Shown: piece after piece, positions 47,070 through 56,907 of the stretch
How positions within the stretch are numbered: the stretch's first letter is position 1
Layout: each line of letters begins with the position of its first letter
DNA from: an uncultured Gemmatimonadales bacterium
GTDB taxonomy: Bacteria; Gemmatimonadota; Gemmatimonadetes; Gemmatimonadales; GWC2-71-9
NCBI GenBank assembly: GCA_963828735.1
Contig: CAWHFW010000004.1
Location: 64,001 to 128,000 of the forward strand
Direction of reading: 5' to 3'
DNA length: 64,000 nucleotides
Notes under the pieces: model-generated
Told to the model about the DNA's origin: nothing
The model's input: the letters and a program-made list of their open reading frames with translations, nothing else
The model's database searches: none
Program-made: the position numbers and the translations under genes

Positions 47070-47732
47070 GTGGAGCTGGTCGGCTCAGCCACCGAGCGTA
47101 CCACGGCGGCCACCGACGCGCTCCTCGCGGTCGCGGCCCTCGTAGCCCTGGTGGTCCTGTGGCGACAGACCCCTTCCTCGTTCGGCAGGTCCGTGTGGCT
47201 CAGCGCCCTCGCCTGCATGGTGGGCGCGTCCGTGCTCGGCGTGGTGACGCACGGTCTCGTGCTGCCGGACGCCACGCGTGATCTGCTGTGGCAACCGCTT
47301 TACCTCTTGCTGGGCGTGACCATGGCGTTGTTTGTCGTCGGGGCGGTGCGCGATTGGCGCGGCGACGCGGCGGGACGCCGGATCCTCACGCCCATGCTGA
47401 TCCTCGCAGTCATCTTCTACGGCGTGACGCGCGCGACGGGCGGCGACTTCCTCGCTTTCGTGATTTACGAAGCGGCTACGCTCGTGTTTGCGCTGGCGGT
47501 GTACGTCACGCTCGCGGCGGGCCGCCGCCATCGCGGCGCGGCGGCGATGGCCGCCGCGCTGGCCGTGAGCCTGGGGGCGGGGGCGGTGCAGGCCGCCGAT
47601 CTCGGCACGGTCCGACTGCTCTGGCCGTTCGATCACAACGGCCTGTTCCACCTGGTGCAGCTCGCCGGCGTCGTGCTTCTCGCCGTCGGCCTTCGCCATC
47701 TCCTTCAACGCACACCGTCGGGGGCTTCGTGA
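47070..47732 (+). CDS. Multi-pass membrane protein (DUF6962-like)
   Basis: E.TTAATD, HG, FDHNGLFH. Confidence 0.75.
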   Translation: MELVGSATERTTAATDALLAVAALVALVVLWRQTPSSFGRSVWLSALACMVGASVLGVVTHGLVLPDATRDLLWQPLYLLLGVTMALFVVGAVRDWRGDAAGRRILTPMLILAVIFYGVTRATGGDFLAFVIYEAATLVFALAVYVTLAAGRRHRGAAAMAAALAVSLGAGAVQAADLGTVRLLWPFDHNGLFHLVQLAGVVLLAVGLRHLLQRTPSGAS

Positions 47733-48250
47733 TGGGTACCGACTTCGCGGCCGGCATCGCGGCCATTCTCGACCGCGATCTCCGCGCGCTTCGGCGCGAG
47801 CTCGAGGCCTACGGCGATGAACGGCAGATCTGGCAGGAAGTACCCGGTCTCCCGAACACCGCCGGCACGCTCGCCTTGCATCTCGCCGGCAACCTGCAGC
47901 ACTACATCGGCGCTCGCTGGGCGGGCACCGGCTACGTGCGGGATCGCGACGCCGAGTTCGCCCGACGCGGGGTGTCCCGGGCCGAGATGGTGACGGAGAT
48001 CGAGCGCACGCGAACGGTCATCTCTAGCGGGCTGGCGCGGGTGACCCCAGAGGAGCTGCGAGAGGACTACCCGGAGCCCATCGCCGAGTCGCACGTTCGG
48101 AATGAGGAATATCTGGTGCACTTGTGCACCCACGTCGCGTATCACCTGGGCCAGCTCGATTCGCACCGGCGGATCGTGACGGGCAACGCCAGCGGGGTGG
48201 GCGCGCTCCGTCCGGCCGAGCTCGGGAGCGCCCGAACGGTTGGCGGCTGA
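47732..48250 (+). CDS. DinB family protein (DUF1572-like)
   Basis: NTAG.L.LHLAGNL.HYIG, RDRDAEF, YHLGQ. Confidence 0.9.
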   Translation: MGTDFAAGIAAILDRDLRALRRELEAYGDERQIWQEVPGLPNTAGTLALHLAGNLQHYIGARWAGTGYVRDRDAEFARRGVSRAEMVTEIERTRTVISSGLARVTPEELREDYPEPIAESHVRNEEYLVHLCTHVAYHLGQLDSHRRIVTGNASGVGALRPAELGSARTVGG

Positions 48251-48255
48251 CGGCC

Positions 48256-49254
48256 TCAGCAGGTCGTCATCGGCCCGCCGGTCAACAGCTCGAAGTCTCC
48301 GCCTCGCACCGGGTGCGCGCGCAGTTGATCGAGCGCGTCCCCCCAGGCTGGATCCGACGTTCCCGTCACGTACCATGCGCTTCCCTGATCGGCCAGGATC
48401 AACCCATAACGCTTGAGCGCGGTGAGAATCACCAGCGCGTCGCCCGTGTACGGCGCGAGCGAGAAGTCCGCGCGGAGTCGCGCGCGGGTCCCGTAGGGCG
48501 GCAGGGAGGCATCCGCGTACTGGCCGCAGTGACTGGCCGGTGCCACATAGGCCCGCCGCACGCGCGGCACGGTGAAACGGAGCGCGTGGGTGATCGCCCC
48601 CGCCGCCACCTCGTCGTGCTTCAGCAGGCCCGGGAGAATCGGAAGTCCCGCTGCGTCGGCCGAGGTCCAGCCGGCGGGCCGCGTCGAGTTCACCTTGAGG
48701 TCCCAGCGCGCGGACGAGCTGACCTGGAAGCCGCTCGCGGTACGGACGGCGTTGTACAGCTCGTAGAGCACGCAATCGCCCTGCTGAACCACGAGCACGT
48801 GCCGATCCCCCGAGGCGGGGTCGGGGTCAGTTGTGCTTCCGCCTTCGATGAGCGCGTCATGGGGAATAGGCATCGGTCCCGGATCGCTCTCGTCGGAATA
48901 GTCGGCCCCGTCGGTTCCGTAGGTGATGGGCACGAGCGGCTGGCCGGCCGGGACCACGGTGTAGGGAATTCCGTAGTACTCCTCCGTCGTTCCGAGGTCC
49001 AGATGGACGGCGTTCCCCGGGGACATCACGCCGAGCAGCGCGTCCGAGTTCGACGCCACGGGGTCGCCGCTCACGTCGCGATTCCAGGCGTTGTCGTCCG
49101 GGAAGACCGGGCATCCGCCCACGCGCGCGACCTCGCCCGAGGCGGGCGCATTCGGCGGAGCGGGGGAGGTGGGCACGGTCGGACTCGTGGGCTCGGAGCC
49201 GGCGGTGCCGCAGCCTGCAAGGAGCAGCGAGACCAGCGCGCGACGGAGGCGCAT
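48256..49254 (-). CDS. Conserved hypothetical lipoprotein
   Basis: LAGC lipobox; FP.DN.WN, GDRH, WTSADAAGLP, HALRF. Confidence 0.8.
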   Translation of the reverse strand: MRLRRALVSLLLAGCGTAGSEPTSPTVPTSPAPPNAPASGEVARVGGCPVFPDDNAWNRDVSGDPVASNSDALLGVMSPGNAVHLDLGTTEEYYGIPYTVVPAGQPLVPITYGTDGADYSDESDPGPMPIPHDALIEGGSTTDPDPASGDRHVLVVQQGDCVLYELYNAVRTASGFQVSSSARWDLKVNSTRPAGWTSADAAGLPILPGLLKHDEVAAGAITHALRFTVPRVRRAYVAPASHCGQYADASLPPYGTRARLRADFSLAPYTGDALVILTALKRYGLILADQGSAWYVTGTSDPAWGDALDQLRAHPVRGGDFELLTGGPMTTC

Positions 49255-49409
49255 GGAAGTCTCCATCCCGATGGAGGCTAGCGGGGGCTGCAAGAGTTGG
49301 CCTGGGGTGGCTCGTCGGAGGGGGCAAGAAGCATGCTCCTGTGCCCGCGCTGGCGCTTCGTGGGGCGGGGCCTAATTTCATGGCTTGCCCCCCTCGCGAG
49401 GAGAGATCC

Positions 49410-49676
49410 ATGGACGAGCTCAGCAACCCGGCGAACACGCGCGAGTTCATGGCGATGTGGAACGCCGTCACCGCGGAGCATCTGACGCACAAGCTCACGG
49501 GCGTGCTCCAGCAGCTCGGCGAGCGCATGCCGAACGCGCCGACGTTCGGCGAAGGCCAGGCAGAGGCCTTCTCGCCTTTGCTCATCCGGGCCTTTCAAGT
49601 CGCGGCGTCCCCGGAGGGCGGAGTGCACGCGGCGGTGCAGTTCCTCGCCGAGTACGGGGTCGAGCCTACCTCCTGA
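49410..49676 (+). CDS. Hypothetical protein
   Basis: GAGGAG RBS; 88 aa. Confidence 0.7.
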   Translation: MDELSNPANTREFMAMWNAVTAEHLTHKLTGVLQQLGERMPNAPTFGEGQAEAFSPLLIRAFQVAASPEGGVHAAVQFLAEYGVEPTS

Positions 49677-49747
49677 ACGGAACCCGGCTCGCGCGGCATG
49701 CGTAGGACCGACATTCCGATCGCGAGGCCACACTGCATATCCGACCC

Positions 49748-50473
49748 GTGCGGTTCCCACTCCTGGTGCTGCTTGCGGCCGCCGCGAGCTGCGGCAGCAC
49801 CTCCCCGGACCCGGTGCCGGATTCCGACCTCCGGATCCTGTTCATCGGGAACAGTCTCACCTACGCGAACAACCTGCCATCGATGGTCGAGCAGCTGGGT
49901 CGGAGCGAGCCGTCGCGCACGGTGGTCGTCTCCTCGGTGGCCTTCGGCGACTACAGCCTGGAGGACCACTGGAACCGCGGCGACGCCCTGACCGCCATCA
50001 AGAGCGACAAGTGGGATTTCGTGCTGCTCCAGCAGGGGCCGTCGGCGCTCCCCGAGAGCCGCACGAACCTCATCGAGTGGTCCTCCAAGTTCGCCGCGGA
50101 GATTCGGCGGGTGGGCGCGACGCCGGTGCTGTACATGGTCTGGCCGGGGCTCGACCGCGAGAGCGAATGGGACGCGGTCACCGAATCGTACACGGCCGCG
50201 GCCAGCGCCTCCCACTCGCTCGTGTTCCCGGCAGGCGAGGCGCTCCGGTCGGCCTACACCGCGGACCCGACGCTGGCGCTGTTCGAGAACGACCGCTTTC
50301 ATCCCACCCGGCTGGGCTCCTATGGTGTGGCGCTGGTGGTCTACGCGATGGCCTCGCACACGTCGCCGGTGGGGCTCACGCTGCGGGCCGGGGGCTCCAC
50401 GCTGTTGCCCGGCCAGGTGGCGGCGCTGGAAGCCGCGGCGGCGGACGCCATCGACCGGTTCGGATCGCCGTAA
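49748..50473 (+). CDS. SGNH/GDSL hydrolase lipoprotein
   Basis: LFIGNSLT, WDFVLLQ, D.FHP. Confidence 0.88.
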   Translation: MRFPLLVLLAAAASCGSTSPDPVPDSDLRILFIGNSLTYANNLPSMVEQLGRSEPSRTVVVSSVAFGDYSLEDHWNRGDALTAIKSDKWDFVLLQQGPSALPESRTNLIEWSSKFAAEIRRVGATPVLYMVWPGLDRESEWDAVTESYTAAASASHSLVFPAGEALRSAYTADPTLALFENDRFHPTRLGSYGVALVVYAMASHTSPVGLTLRAGGSTLLPGQVAALEAAAADAIDRFGSP

Positions 50474-50559
50474 TCGCCCGTCCTCTTGCCCGGGGAGGCG
50501 AACGGCGATTCTATCAAGGCGTGCCGAACATCGGCCCTACCACCCCTCCAGAGGCTTCG

Positions 50560-50766
50560 ATGCGCCATCTGTTCGCCCTGCTGGCCCTCCTCGGCGTCGC
50601 CGGCATCGTGTTCGGCGTGCTCGCCATCCTGCACAGTGCTCCTGGCCAGGCGGGCCAATTGCCCTTCAGCCACGAGAATTACGGCGGCCCCGGCTCGATC
50701 ATGGCCGGACTGTTGTTGCTGGCGACGAGCCTGTATCTCCGGTCGGCGTGGCAGGGCAGGGACTGA
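50560..50766 (+). CDS. Small membrane protein
   Basis: two TM segments; GAGG RBS. Confidence 0.65.
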   Translation: MRHLFALLALLGVAGIVFGVLAILHSAPGQAGQLPFSHENYGGPGSIMAGLLLLATSLYLRSAWQGRD

Positions 50767-50779
50767 GCGGAACGATCGC

Positions 50780-51178
50780 GTGGCGTTCCTGCGCCAACTC
50801 GCCGAAACCTTCGCCCAGCTTCGCGCGCACCACCGCCGGCGCTTGCCGTTCCTGATGGCCGCGGTCGAGCGCCGGCGTCCCCGCATCGCCGCCGAAGACT
50901 ACGCGGCCCGACACACCATCGAGCACACACTGGATCGGAAGGCGGATCTCCGCCGCCTGGCGCCGCTCCGCGTCGACGCGGCGGAGCGTTACGAGCAGCT
51001 CCTGGTCTTCGAGCTGACGGGTCTCCGGGAGGTGGTCGCCGCGCTCGAGGCCACGGCCGGGGGGCGGGATCTGCAGGAATGTCTCGCCGAGGTGCGGGAG
51101 GAGATTGCTCGGCTGGAGATCGAGGTAGAGTGGTGCACCGCCCTCCGGGACCGCTGGGGGCCGAGTCCGGTGCACTGA
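50780..51178 (+). CDS. Hypothetical helical protein
   Basis: GTG-start ORF with coiled-coil composition. Confidence 0.6.
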   Translation: MAFLRQLAETFAQLRAHHRRRLPFLMAAVERRRPRIAAEDYAARHTIEHTLDRKADLRRLAPLRVDAAERYEQLLVFELTGLREVVAALEATAGGRDLQECLAEVREEIARLEIEVEWCTALRDRWGPSPVH

Positions 51179-51266
51179 GCCGCGGCGGCTGGGGTCGGCC
51201 TCCTGTTCCTCGCCGCCCGCTCGCCCATGCCGACTGTCCAGCACCACGCACTTGTCGGGTCCCGTC

Positions 51267-51297
51267 TTGACTCGAGTTAATTAAGCAATTAATTAAC
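51267..51297 (+). promoter_or_regulatory. TetR operator overlapping promoter
   Basis: TTGACT -35 then perfect GTTAATTAA-GCAA-TTAATTAAC ending 3 nt before the tetR ATG. Confidence 0.85.
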
Positions 51298-51300
51298 CGG

Positions 51301-51975
51301 ATGGCCCAGACGCCCGCCGACGCCCGCAGCCGCGATCTCATCCTCGACGCCGCCGAACGCCTGTTCGCCGCCCACGGGTTCGCCCGGACCACGATCAAGC
51401 AGATCGGCCGCGACGCGGGCGTGAACAGCGCACTCCTCTACTACTACTTCGCCGACAAGCACCAACTCTACCGCGAGGTGCTGCACCGCTTCGTCTCGCG
51501 CCTGGTCACCCGCACCATGGGGGCCGCGGGCGATGATCCCGAGGCGGCGCTCCGCGCCTTCGTCGCCGCGCAGGCCGATACCGTCGCCGGCAGCCCGCAC
51601 ATGCCTCGGCTGCTCGCCCGCGAGCTCATCGACTTCGACGCCGCCAACGCGGTCGAGCAGGTCCAGCTGATGGCGGTCACCAGCTTTCGCCGGCTGTGCG
51701 GCCTGATCGAGGACGGCCAGCGCACCGGCGTCTTCCGCTCCGACGTCGACCCGCGCTTCGCCGCCATCTCGGCCATCGCGCAGGTGGCCTACTTCTCCAT
51801 TGCCCGCCCGGCCGTCCGCGTCCTGCTCCAGGAATCGCGCGACCCCGGGTCGTCGGACGTGCTCCAGGCCTTCGCCCGCCACGCCGCGGACTTCGCGGTA
51901 GCCGCCCTCGCCGTACCCCCTCGTCGTCGGCGGCGGCGCCGCCCGACTCGCCTGCGCTCGAGGACGTCATCATGA
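51301..51975 (+). CDS. TetR/AcrR family regulator
   Basis: ILDAAERLFA..GF..TT, LYYYF.DK. Confidence 0.95.
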   Translation: MAQTPADARSRDLILDAAERLFAAHGFARTTIKQIGRDAGVNSALLYYYFADKHQLYREVLHRFVSRLVTRTMGAAGDDPEAALRAFVAAQADTVAGSPHMPRLLARELIDFDAANAVEQVQLMAVTSFRRLCGLIEDGQRTGVFRSDVDPRFAAISAIAQVAYFSIARPAVRVLLQESRDPGSSDVLQAFARHAADFAVAALAVPPRRRRRRRPTRLRSRTSS

Positions 51976-52946
51976 GGCTCCGTCGACTCTCGCTCGCCGC
52001 CGCCGCGTCGCTCGTGCTGGGCGCGTGTCACCGATCCGGCGACCGTCCGCTGCGGGCCACCGGAACCGTCGAGATGCGCGAGGTGGACGTGACCCCGCTC
52101 GTGCCAGCGCGCATCGTGCGCGTGCTGGTGGACGAGGGCTATACGGTTCACGCGGGCGATACGCTCGTGGCGCTGACCCAGTCCAACACCCAGTCCGACA
52201 TCGCCGGTGGCGAGGCGCGGCTGCGCGCGGCGGCGGCCGCGTTACGCGAAGCGCAGGCGGGGCCCCGGCCCGGTGAGGTCCAACAGGCGGAAGCCGATAT
52301 GCGCGCGGCCGAGGCCCAGGCGGAGCGGGCCTCGCGCGACCTGGATCGCATGCGGACCCTCGTGACCGATGGCACCGTAAGCCGGCAATCGTACGATGCG
52401 GCGGAGGCCGAGGCCTCGGCGACGGCCGGCCGTCGAGACGCCGCGCGCGAAGCGCTTCAGCTGCTTCGGGAGGGCACGCGTCCCGAGCGGATCCAGGCGG
52501 CCCGCGCCGAGGTGGCGGACGCCCGGGCGGCGCTCGCGTCGGCCCAGGCGGTCGCGAAGGATCTCGTGCTCACCGCGCCGGTGAGCGGCATCGTGATCTC
52601 CCGCAACGCCGAGCCCGGTGAGCGTCTCGCGCCTGGTCAGTCCGCTCTCACGATCGGGGAGGCGTCCGCGCCATACGTGCGGGTCTACATCCCGACTCGG
52701 GCGCTGCCGGCCGTCCATCGGGGCCAGCATGCCGTCGCCGTGCTCGACGGCTACCCCGATCGTCCGATTCCCGGGCAGGTCGTCGCCATCAGTCCGCGGG
52801 CGGAGTTCACGCCGCGGATCGCGCTCACCGAGGAGGAGCGTGCGGACCTGCTGTTCGGCGTGAAGGTCGCGCTGTCCGATACCACCGGGCTCCTGCGACC
52901 CGGGCTGCCGGCGACGGTCGAGCTCGAGCGGGAGGCCCCGCGATGA
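51972..52946 (+). CDS. HlyD-family periplasmic adaptor (YbhG-like)
   Basis: lipobox, GTVE, coiled coil, AEFTP. Confidence 0.9.
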   Translation: MRLRRLSLAAAASLVLGACHRSGDRPLRATGTVEMREVDVTPLVPARIVRVLVDEGYTVHAGDTLVALTQSNTQSDIAGGEARLRAAAAALREAQAGPRPGEVQQAEADMRAAEAQAERASRDLDRMRTLVTDGTVSRQSYDAAEAEASATAGRRDAAREALQLLREGTRPERIQAARAEVADARAALASAQAVAKDLVLTAPVSGIVISRNAEPGERLAPGQSALTIGEASAPYVRVYIPTRALPAVHRGQHAVAVLDGYPDRPIPGQVVAISPRAEFTPRIALTEEERADLLFGVKVALSDTTGLLRPGLPATVELEREAPR

Positions 52947-53698
52947 CCGAGCCCGCCTGGACCGACGCCGTCGTCGCGAACGGACTTCGGAAGACCTTCG
53001 GCGCGCTCGTGGCCGTGGAGGGACTGACCATGACCGTCCCGCGCGGGGAGGTGTTCGGTTTTCTCGGTCCCAACGGCTCGGGCAAGACGACGACCATCCG
53101 GATGCTCTGCGGCCTGATGGAGCCGAGCGGCGGCAGCGCGACGGTCGTCGGCTACGACGTGAGGCGGGACGCGGAGCAGATCCGCCGCCGGATCGGCTAC
53201 ATGTCGCAGAAGTTCGGCCTGTATGACGATCTGAGCGTCGGCGAGAACCTCAGGTTCTACGCGTCCATCTACGGGCTCCACGGCGCGGCCCGGCGGGCCC
53301 GGATCGCCGAGCTCGTGGCGGACCTCGGGCTCGAGGGGCGCGTCGACCAGCTCGCGGGGACGCTGAGCGGCGGCTGGAAGCAGCGCCTGGCGCTCGCGTG
53401 CGCCATGGCCCACCACCCGGCCATGCTCTTCCTCGACGAGCCGACCGCGGGAGTGGACCCCGCCTCACGTCGCATCTTCTGGCGGAAGATCCACGAGCTC
53501 GCCGCGCAGGGCACCACGATCCTGGTCACGACGCACTACATGGACGAGGCCGCGGAATGCCGGCGGCTCGCGTTCCTGTCGCGCGGGCGGCTCGTCGCCA
53601 TCGGCACCGTGCCCGAGGTGCTCGAGCAGTTCCGCCAGCCCACCATCGAGGACGTGTTCATCGAGCTGCAGCGGCGCGATGAGGGCGCGGTCGTATGA
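52943..53698 (+). CDS. ABC transporter ATP-binding protein
   Basis: GPNGSGKT, LSGG, LDEPT. Confidence 0.95.
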   Translation: MTEPAWTDAVVANGLRKTFGALVAVEGLTMTVPRGEVFGFLGPNGSGKTTTIRMLCGLMEPSGGSATVVGYDVRRDAEQIRRRIGYMSQKFGLYDDLSVGENLRFYASIYGLHGAARRARIAELVADLGLEGRVDQLAGTLSGGWKQRLALACAMAHHPAMLFLDEPTAGVDPASRRIFWRKIHELAAQGTTILVTTHYMDEAAECRRLAFLSRGRLVAIGTVPEVLEQFRQPTIEDVFIELQRRDEGAVV

Positions 53699-54816
53699 CG
53701 TGGCTTCGCCGTATCGCCGAGGCACCGCTCTGGGCCATGCTATGGAAGGAGCTGGTGCAGCTTCGTCGGGATCGGATGACGCTCGGCATGATGCTCGGCG
53801 TTCCGGCCATCCAGCTCGTCCTGTTCGGGTACGCGATCCAGACCGAGGTGCGACACCTGCCGACCGTCGTGCTCGACGAGTCGCGCACGTCCGAGAGCCG
53901 ACGCCTGGTCGAGGTGTTCCGGAACAGCGGCAACTTCGACATCGTGGCCCGGGTGCCGGATCGCGCCGCCCTGCGGACGGCGATCGAGACCGGTCGGGCC
54001 AACGCCGCCGTGGTGATCCCGCCGGAGTTCATGCGCGACGTGCGCCGCGGCCGCAGCGCCCAGGCGCAGGTGATCGTCGACGCCGCCGACCCGCTGGCCT
54101 CCTCCTCCGCGCTGTCGAGCGCTCAGCTCGCCGCCGCCGCGCGCGCGGCCGAGATCGCCGGGCCCGGTCCGGCGCCGCTCGACGTTCGCGTCCGGCCCTG
54201 GTACAACCCGGGTCTTCGGAGCGCGGTCTACATCGTGCCGGGCATCATCGGGGTCCTGCTCTCGCTGACGCTGGTGCTCATCACGAGCATGGCGATCGTC
54301 CGCGAGCGCGAGCGCGGCACGCTCGAGCAACTCATCGTGACACCGATCGACAAGACCAGCCTGATGCTGGGCAAGATCCTCCCCTTCCTGCTCATCGGCT
54401 ACGTTCAGATCACGGTCATCCTGGCGCTCGGCTGGATTTTGTTCCGGGTGCCGGTCCTCGGGAGCCTGCCGTTACTCTACCTGCTCAGCTTCGCCTTCAT
54501 CGTCGCCAGTCTGGCGCTCGGGCTCCTCATGTCCACGCTGGTTCGGAGCCAGGTGCAGGCGATGCAGCTCAGCTTCATGTTCCTCATGCCGAACATCCTG
54601 CTCTCCGGCTTCATGTTTCCGCGGCAGGCCATGCCGGTGCTGGCCCAATGGATCGGCGCGGCGTTGCCGCTCACCTACTTCCTCACGATTCTCCGTGGCG
54701 TCCTGCTCAAGGGCGTGGGTCTCGGCGAGCTCTGGCCCCAGGCGCTGGCCCTCGTCGGCTTCGCGATCGGACTGGTCGCGCTGAGCGTCATGCGCTTCCA
54801 CAAGACGATCGAGTAG
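53695..54816 (+). CDS. ABC-2 permease (YbhS/R-like)
   Basis: KE..QL.RD, RERERGTLEQL, LSGF.FP. Confidence 0.93.
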   Translation: MTWLRRIAEAPLWAMLWKELVQLRRDRMTLGMMLGVPAIQLVLFGYAIQTEVRHLPTVVLDESRTSESRRLVEVFRNSGNFDIVARVPDRAALRTAIETGRANAAVVIPPEFMRDVRRGRSAQAQVIVDAADPLASSSALSSAQLAAAARAAEIAGPGPAPLDVRVRPWYNPGLRSAVYIVPGIIGVLLSLTLVLITSMAIVRERERGTLEQLIVTPIDKTSLMLGKILPFLLIGYVQITVILALGWILFRVPVLGSLPLLYLLSFAFIVASLALGLLMSTLVRSQVQAMQLSFMFLMPNILLSGFMFPRQAMPVLAQWIGAALPLTYFLTILRGVLLKGVGLGELWPQALALVGFAIGLVALSVMRFHKTIE

Positions 54817-54843
54817 GCCGCGGGCCGTCACTATACTTCGCGG

Positions 54844-56898
54844 ATGCCGCCAGCCGGGCTCGCAGCTTCGCCTCCGCTCGGGGTGACCCTGAGCGGCACG
54901 GGAGCCCACTTCGCTCTCTTCTCGGCGCATGCCACCGCGGTCGAGCTCTGTCTGTTCGCCGACCCTTCCGACGCCACCGAGACGTTCCGGATCCCGCTCG
55001 AGCGGGACGGGACGAATGTCTGGCGCGCCGACGTGCGGGGGGTCGAAGCAGGCCAGCTCTACGGCTATCGCGTGCACGGTCCCTACGCCCCGGAGCGTGG
55101 GCATCGCTTCAACCCCGCCAAGCTGCTCATCGATCCCTACGCGCGCGCGCTGAGCGGCTCCGTGGCGTGGCACCCCTCCCTGGCGAGCCATCCCGGCTCG
55201 GAGCCGGGGGCGGCGCCGGACCCGTCCGCCGATCCGCGCGACAACGCGGGCGCGCTGCCCAAGTGCGTGGTGGTGGATGCCGCCTTCGACTGGGGTGACG
55301 ACCGGGCCCCCCGGACGCCGTGGGACCGTACCGTCATCTACGAATGCCACGTCAAGGGCATGACGATGCTCCATCCGGACGTTCCGGAAACGCTGCGGGG
55401 CACCTATCTGGGCCTGTCCAGCGAGCCGATCATCCGCCACCTGCGGGACCTGGGCGTCACGGCCGTGGAGCTGTTGCCCGTTCACCAGGAGGCGAGCGAG
55501 CCGCGCCTGGCCCAGCTCGGGCTGGACAACTATTGGGGCTACAGCCCGATCGCCTACTTCGCGCCCGACGTCCGCTTCGCGACCACGAAACTCGGCGGTC
55601 AGGTGACGGAGTTCAAGCGGATGGTGCGCGAGTTCCACGTTGCGGGCTTCGAGGTGCTGCTCGACGTGGTGTACAACCACACCGCCGAGGGCGGCGATAC
55701 CGGGCCGACACTCGCGTTCCGTGGCATCGACAACGCGGCGTACTATCGGCTGGATTCCTCGCACCCGGCTCGGTACGTGGACTTCACGGGCTGCGGGAAC
55801 ACGCTGGACGTGCGGGCGGACCCGGGACTGTCCCTTGCCATCGACAGCCTGCGTTACTGGGTCGAAGAGATGCACGTGGACGGCTTTCGGTTCGACATCG
55901 CGCCGGTGCTGGGGCGCCTGGACCCCATGTTCGACCGAGGCGCGCCGTTCTTCGAGCGCGTCCGCGGTGATCCCGTGCTCGGCGCGGTCAAGCTCATCGC
56001 GGAGCCATGGGACCTGGGCCCCGACGGGTACCAGGTCGGGAACTTTCCGTCGGGATGGGCGGAATGGAACGGCAAGTACCGCGACGCCGTGCGGCGGTTC
56101 TGGCGCGGTGACACGGGCCGCGTGAGCGAGCTCGCCTCACGCATGGCCGGAAGCAGCGACCTCTACGGGCCCCGCGAACGCGGCCCGCTCGCGAGCGTCA
56201 ACTTCGTGACCTGCCACGACGGCTTCACGCTGCATGACCTCGTGAGCTACGAGGAGAAGCACAACGCGGCCAACGGAGAGGGGAACCGGGATGGCAGCGA
56301 CTACAACCTGAGCCGCAACTGGGGCGTCGAGGGCCCCGCCACGACCACCCAGATCGCGCGGGTCCGCGAGCGCGTGAAGCGGAGCCTCCTGGCCACCCTG
56401 GCCTTTTCGCAGGGCGTCCCGCTGCTGTCGCACGGCGACGAGCTCGGCCGCACGCAGCGCGGCAACAACAACGCCTACTGCCACGACGGACCGGTCACCT
56501 GGGTCCACTGGACCCTGGACGCCGATCAGCGCGCGATGCTCGCGTTCGTTCGCCGGGTCCTGGCCCTTCGCGCGGCGACTCCGGCGCTGCGCCGGCGGAC
56601 GTTCTTTCCGACCACGACGACCGACGGCGACGGATTGACCTGGCTCCGCGCCGACGGCACCCCGATGGGCGCCGAAGACTGGGCCCACGATGGGAACCAC
56701 GTCCTCGGCATGCAGTTCGAGGGGAGCGACCCGATCCTGCTCCTGATGAACGGGGGCGGCCGTTCGCGAGCGTTCGTGCTGCCTGAGCGGCCGAAGGGCT
56801 GGTGGGTCCTGCTCGATACCGCGCACGAGGGCGAGCGGCCCGTCGAGTCGGGGCTCACGCTCGCGCCGCACTCTCTCGTCCTGCTCAGGCAACGCTAG
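54844..56898 (+). CDS. glgX: Glycogen debranching enzyme
   Basis: NYWGY, DVVYNHT, DGFRFD, AEPWD, CHDGFT, GNNNAYC. Confidence 0.95.
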   Translation: MPPAGLAASPPLGVTLSGTGAHFALFSAHATAVELCLFADPSDATETFRIPLERDGTNVWRADVRGVEAGQLYGYRVHGPYAPERGHRFNPAKLLIDPYARALSGSVAWHPSLASHPGSEPGAAPDPSADPRDNAGALPKCVVVDAAFDWGDDRAPRTPWDRTVIYECHVKGMTMLHPDVPETLRGTYLGLSSEPIIRHLRDLGVTAVELLPVHQEASEPRLAQLGLDNYWGYSPIAYFAPDVRFATTKLGGQVTEFKRMVREFHVAGFEVLLDVVYNHTAEGGDTGPTLAFRGIDNAAYYRLDSSHPARYVDFTGCGNTLDVRADPGLSLAIDSLRYWVEEMHVDGFRFDIAPVLGRLDPMFDRGAPFFERVRGDPVLGAVKLIAEPWDLGPDGYQVGNFPSGWAEWNGKYRDAVRRFWRGDTGRVSELASRMAGSSDLYGPRERGPLASVNFVTCHDGFTLHDLVSYEEKHNAANGEGNRDGSDYNLSRNWGVEGPATTTQIARVRERVKRSLLATLAFSQGVPLLSHGDELGRTQRGNNNAYCHDGPVTWVHWTLDADQRAMLAFVRRVLALRAATPALRRRTFFPTTTTDGDGLTWLRADGTPMGAEDWAHDGNHVLGMQFEGSDPILLLMNGGGRSRAFVLPERPKGWWVLLDTAHEGERPVESGLTLAPHSLVLLRQR

Positions 56899-56907
56899 GA
56901 GCTCGCC

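Noticed and set aside
1..51178. Classical integron or CALIN
   Set aside because: No tyrosine integrase is present, and no RYYYAAC...GTTRRRY attC-like spacers were seen by eye; many genes overlap and leave no room for them.
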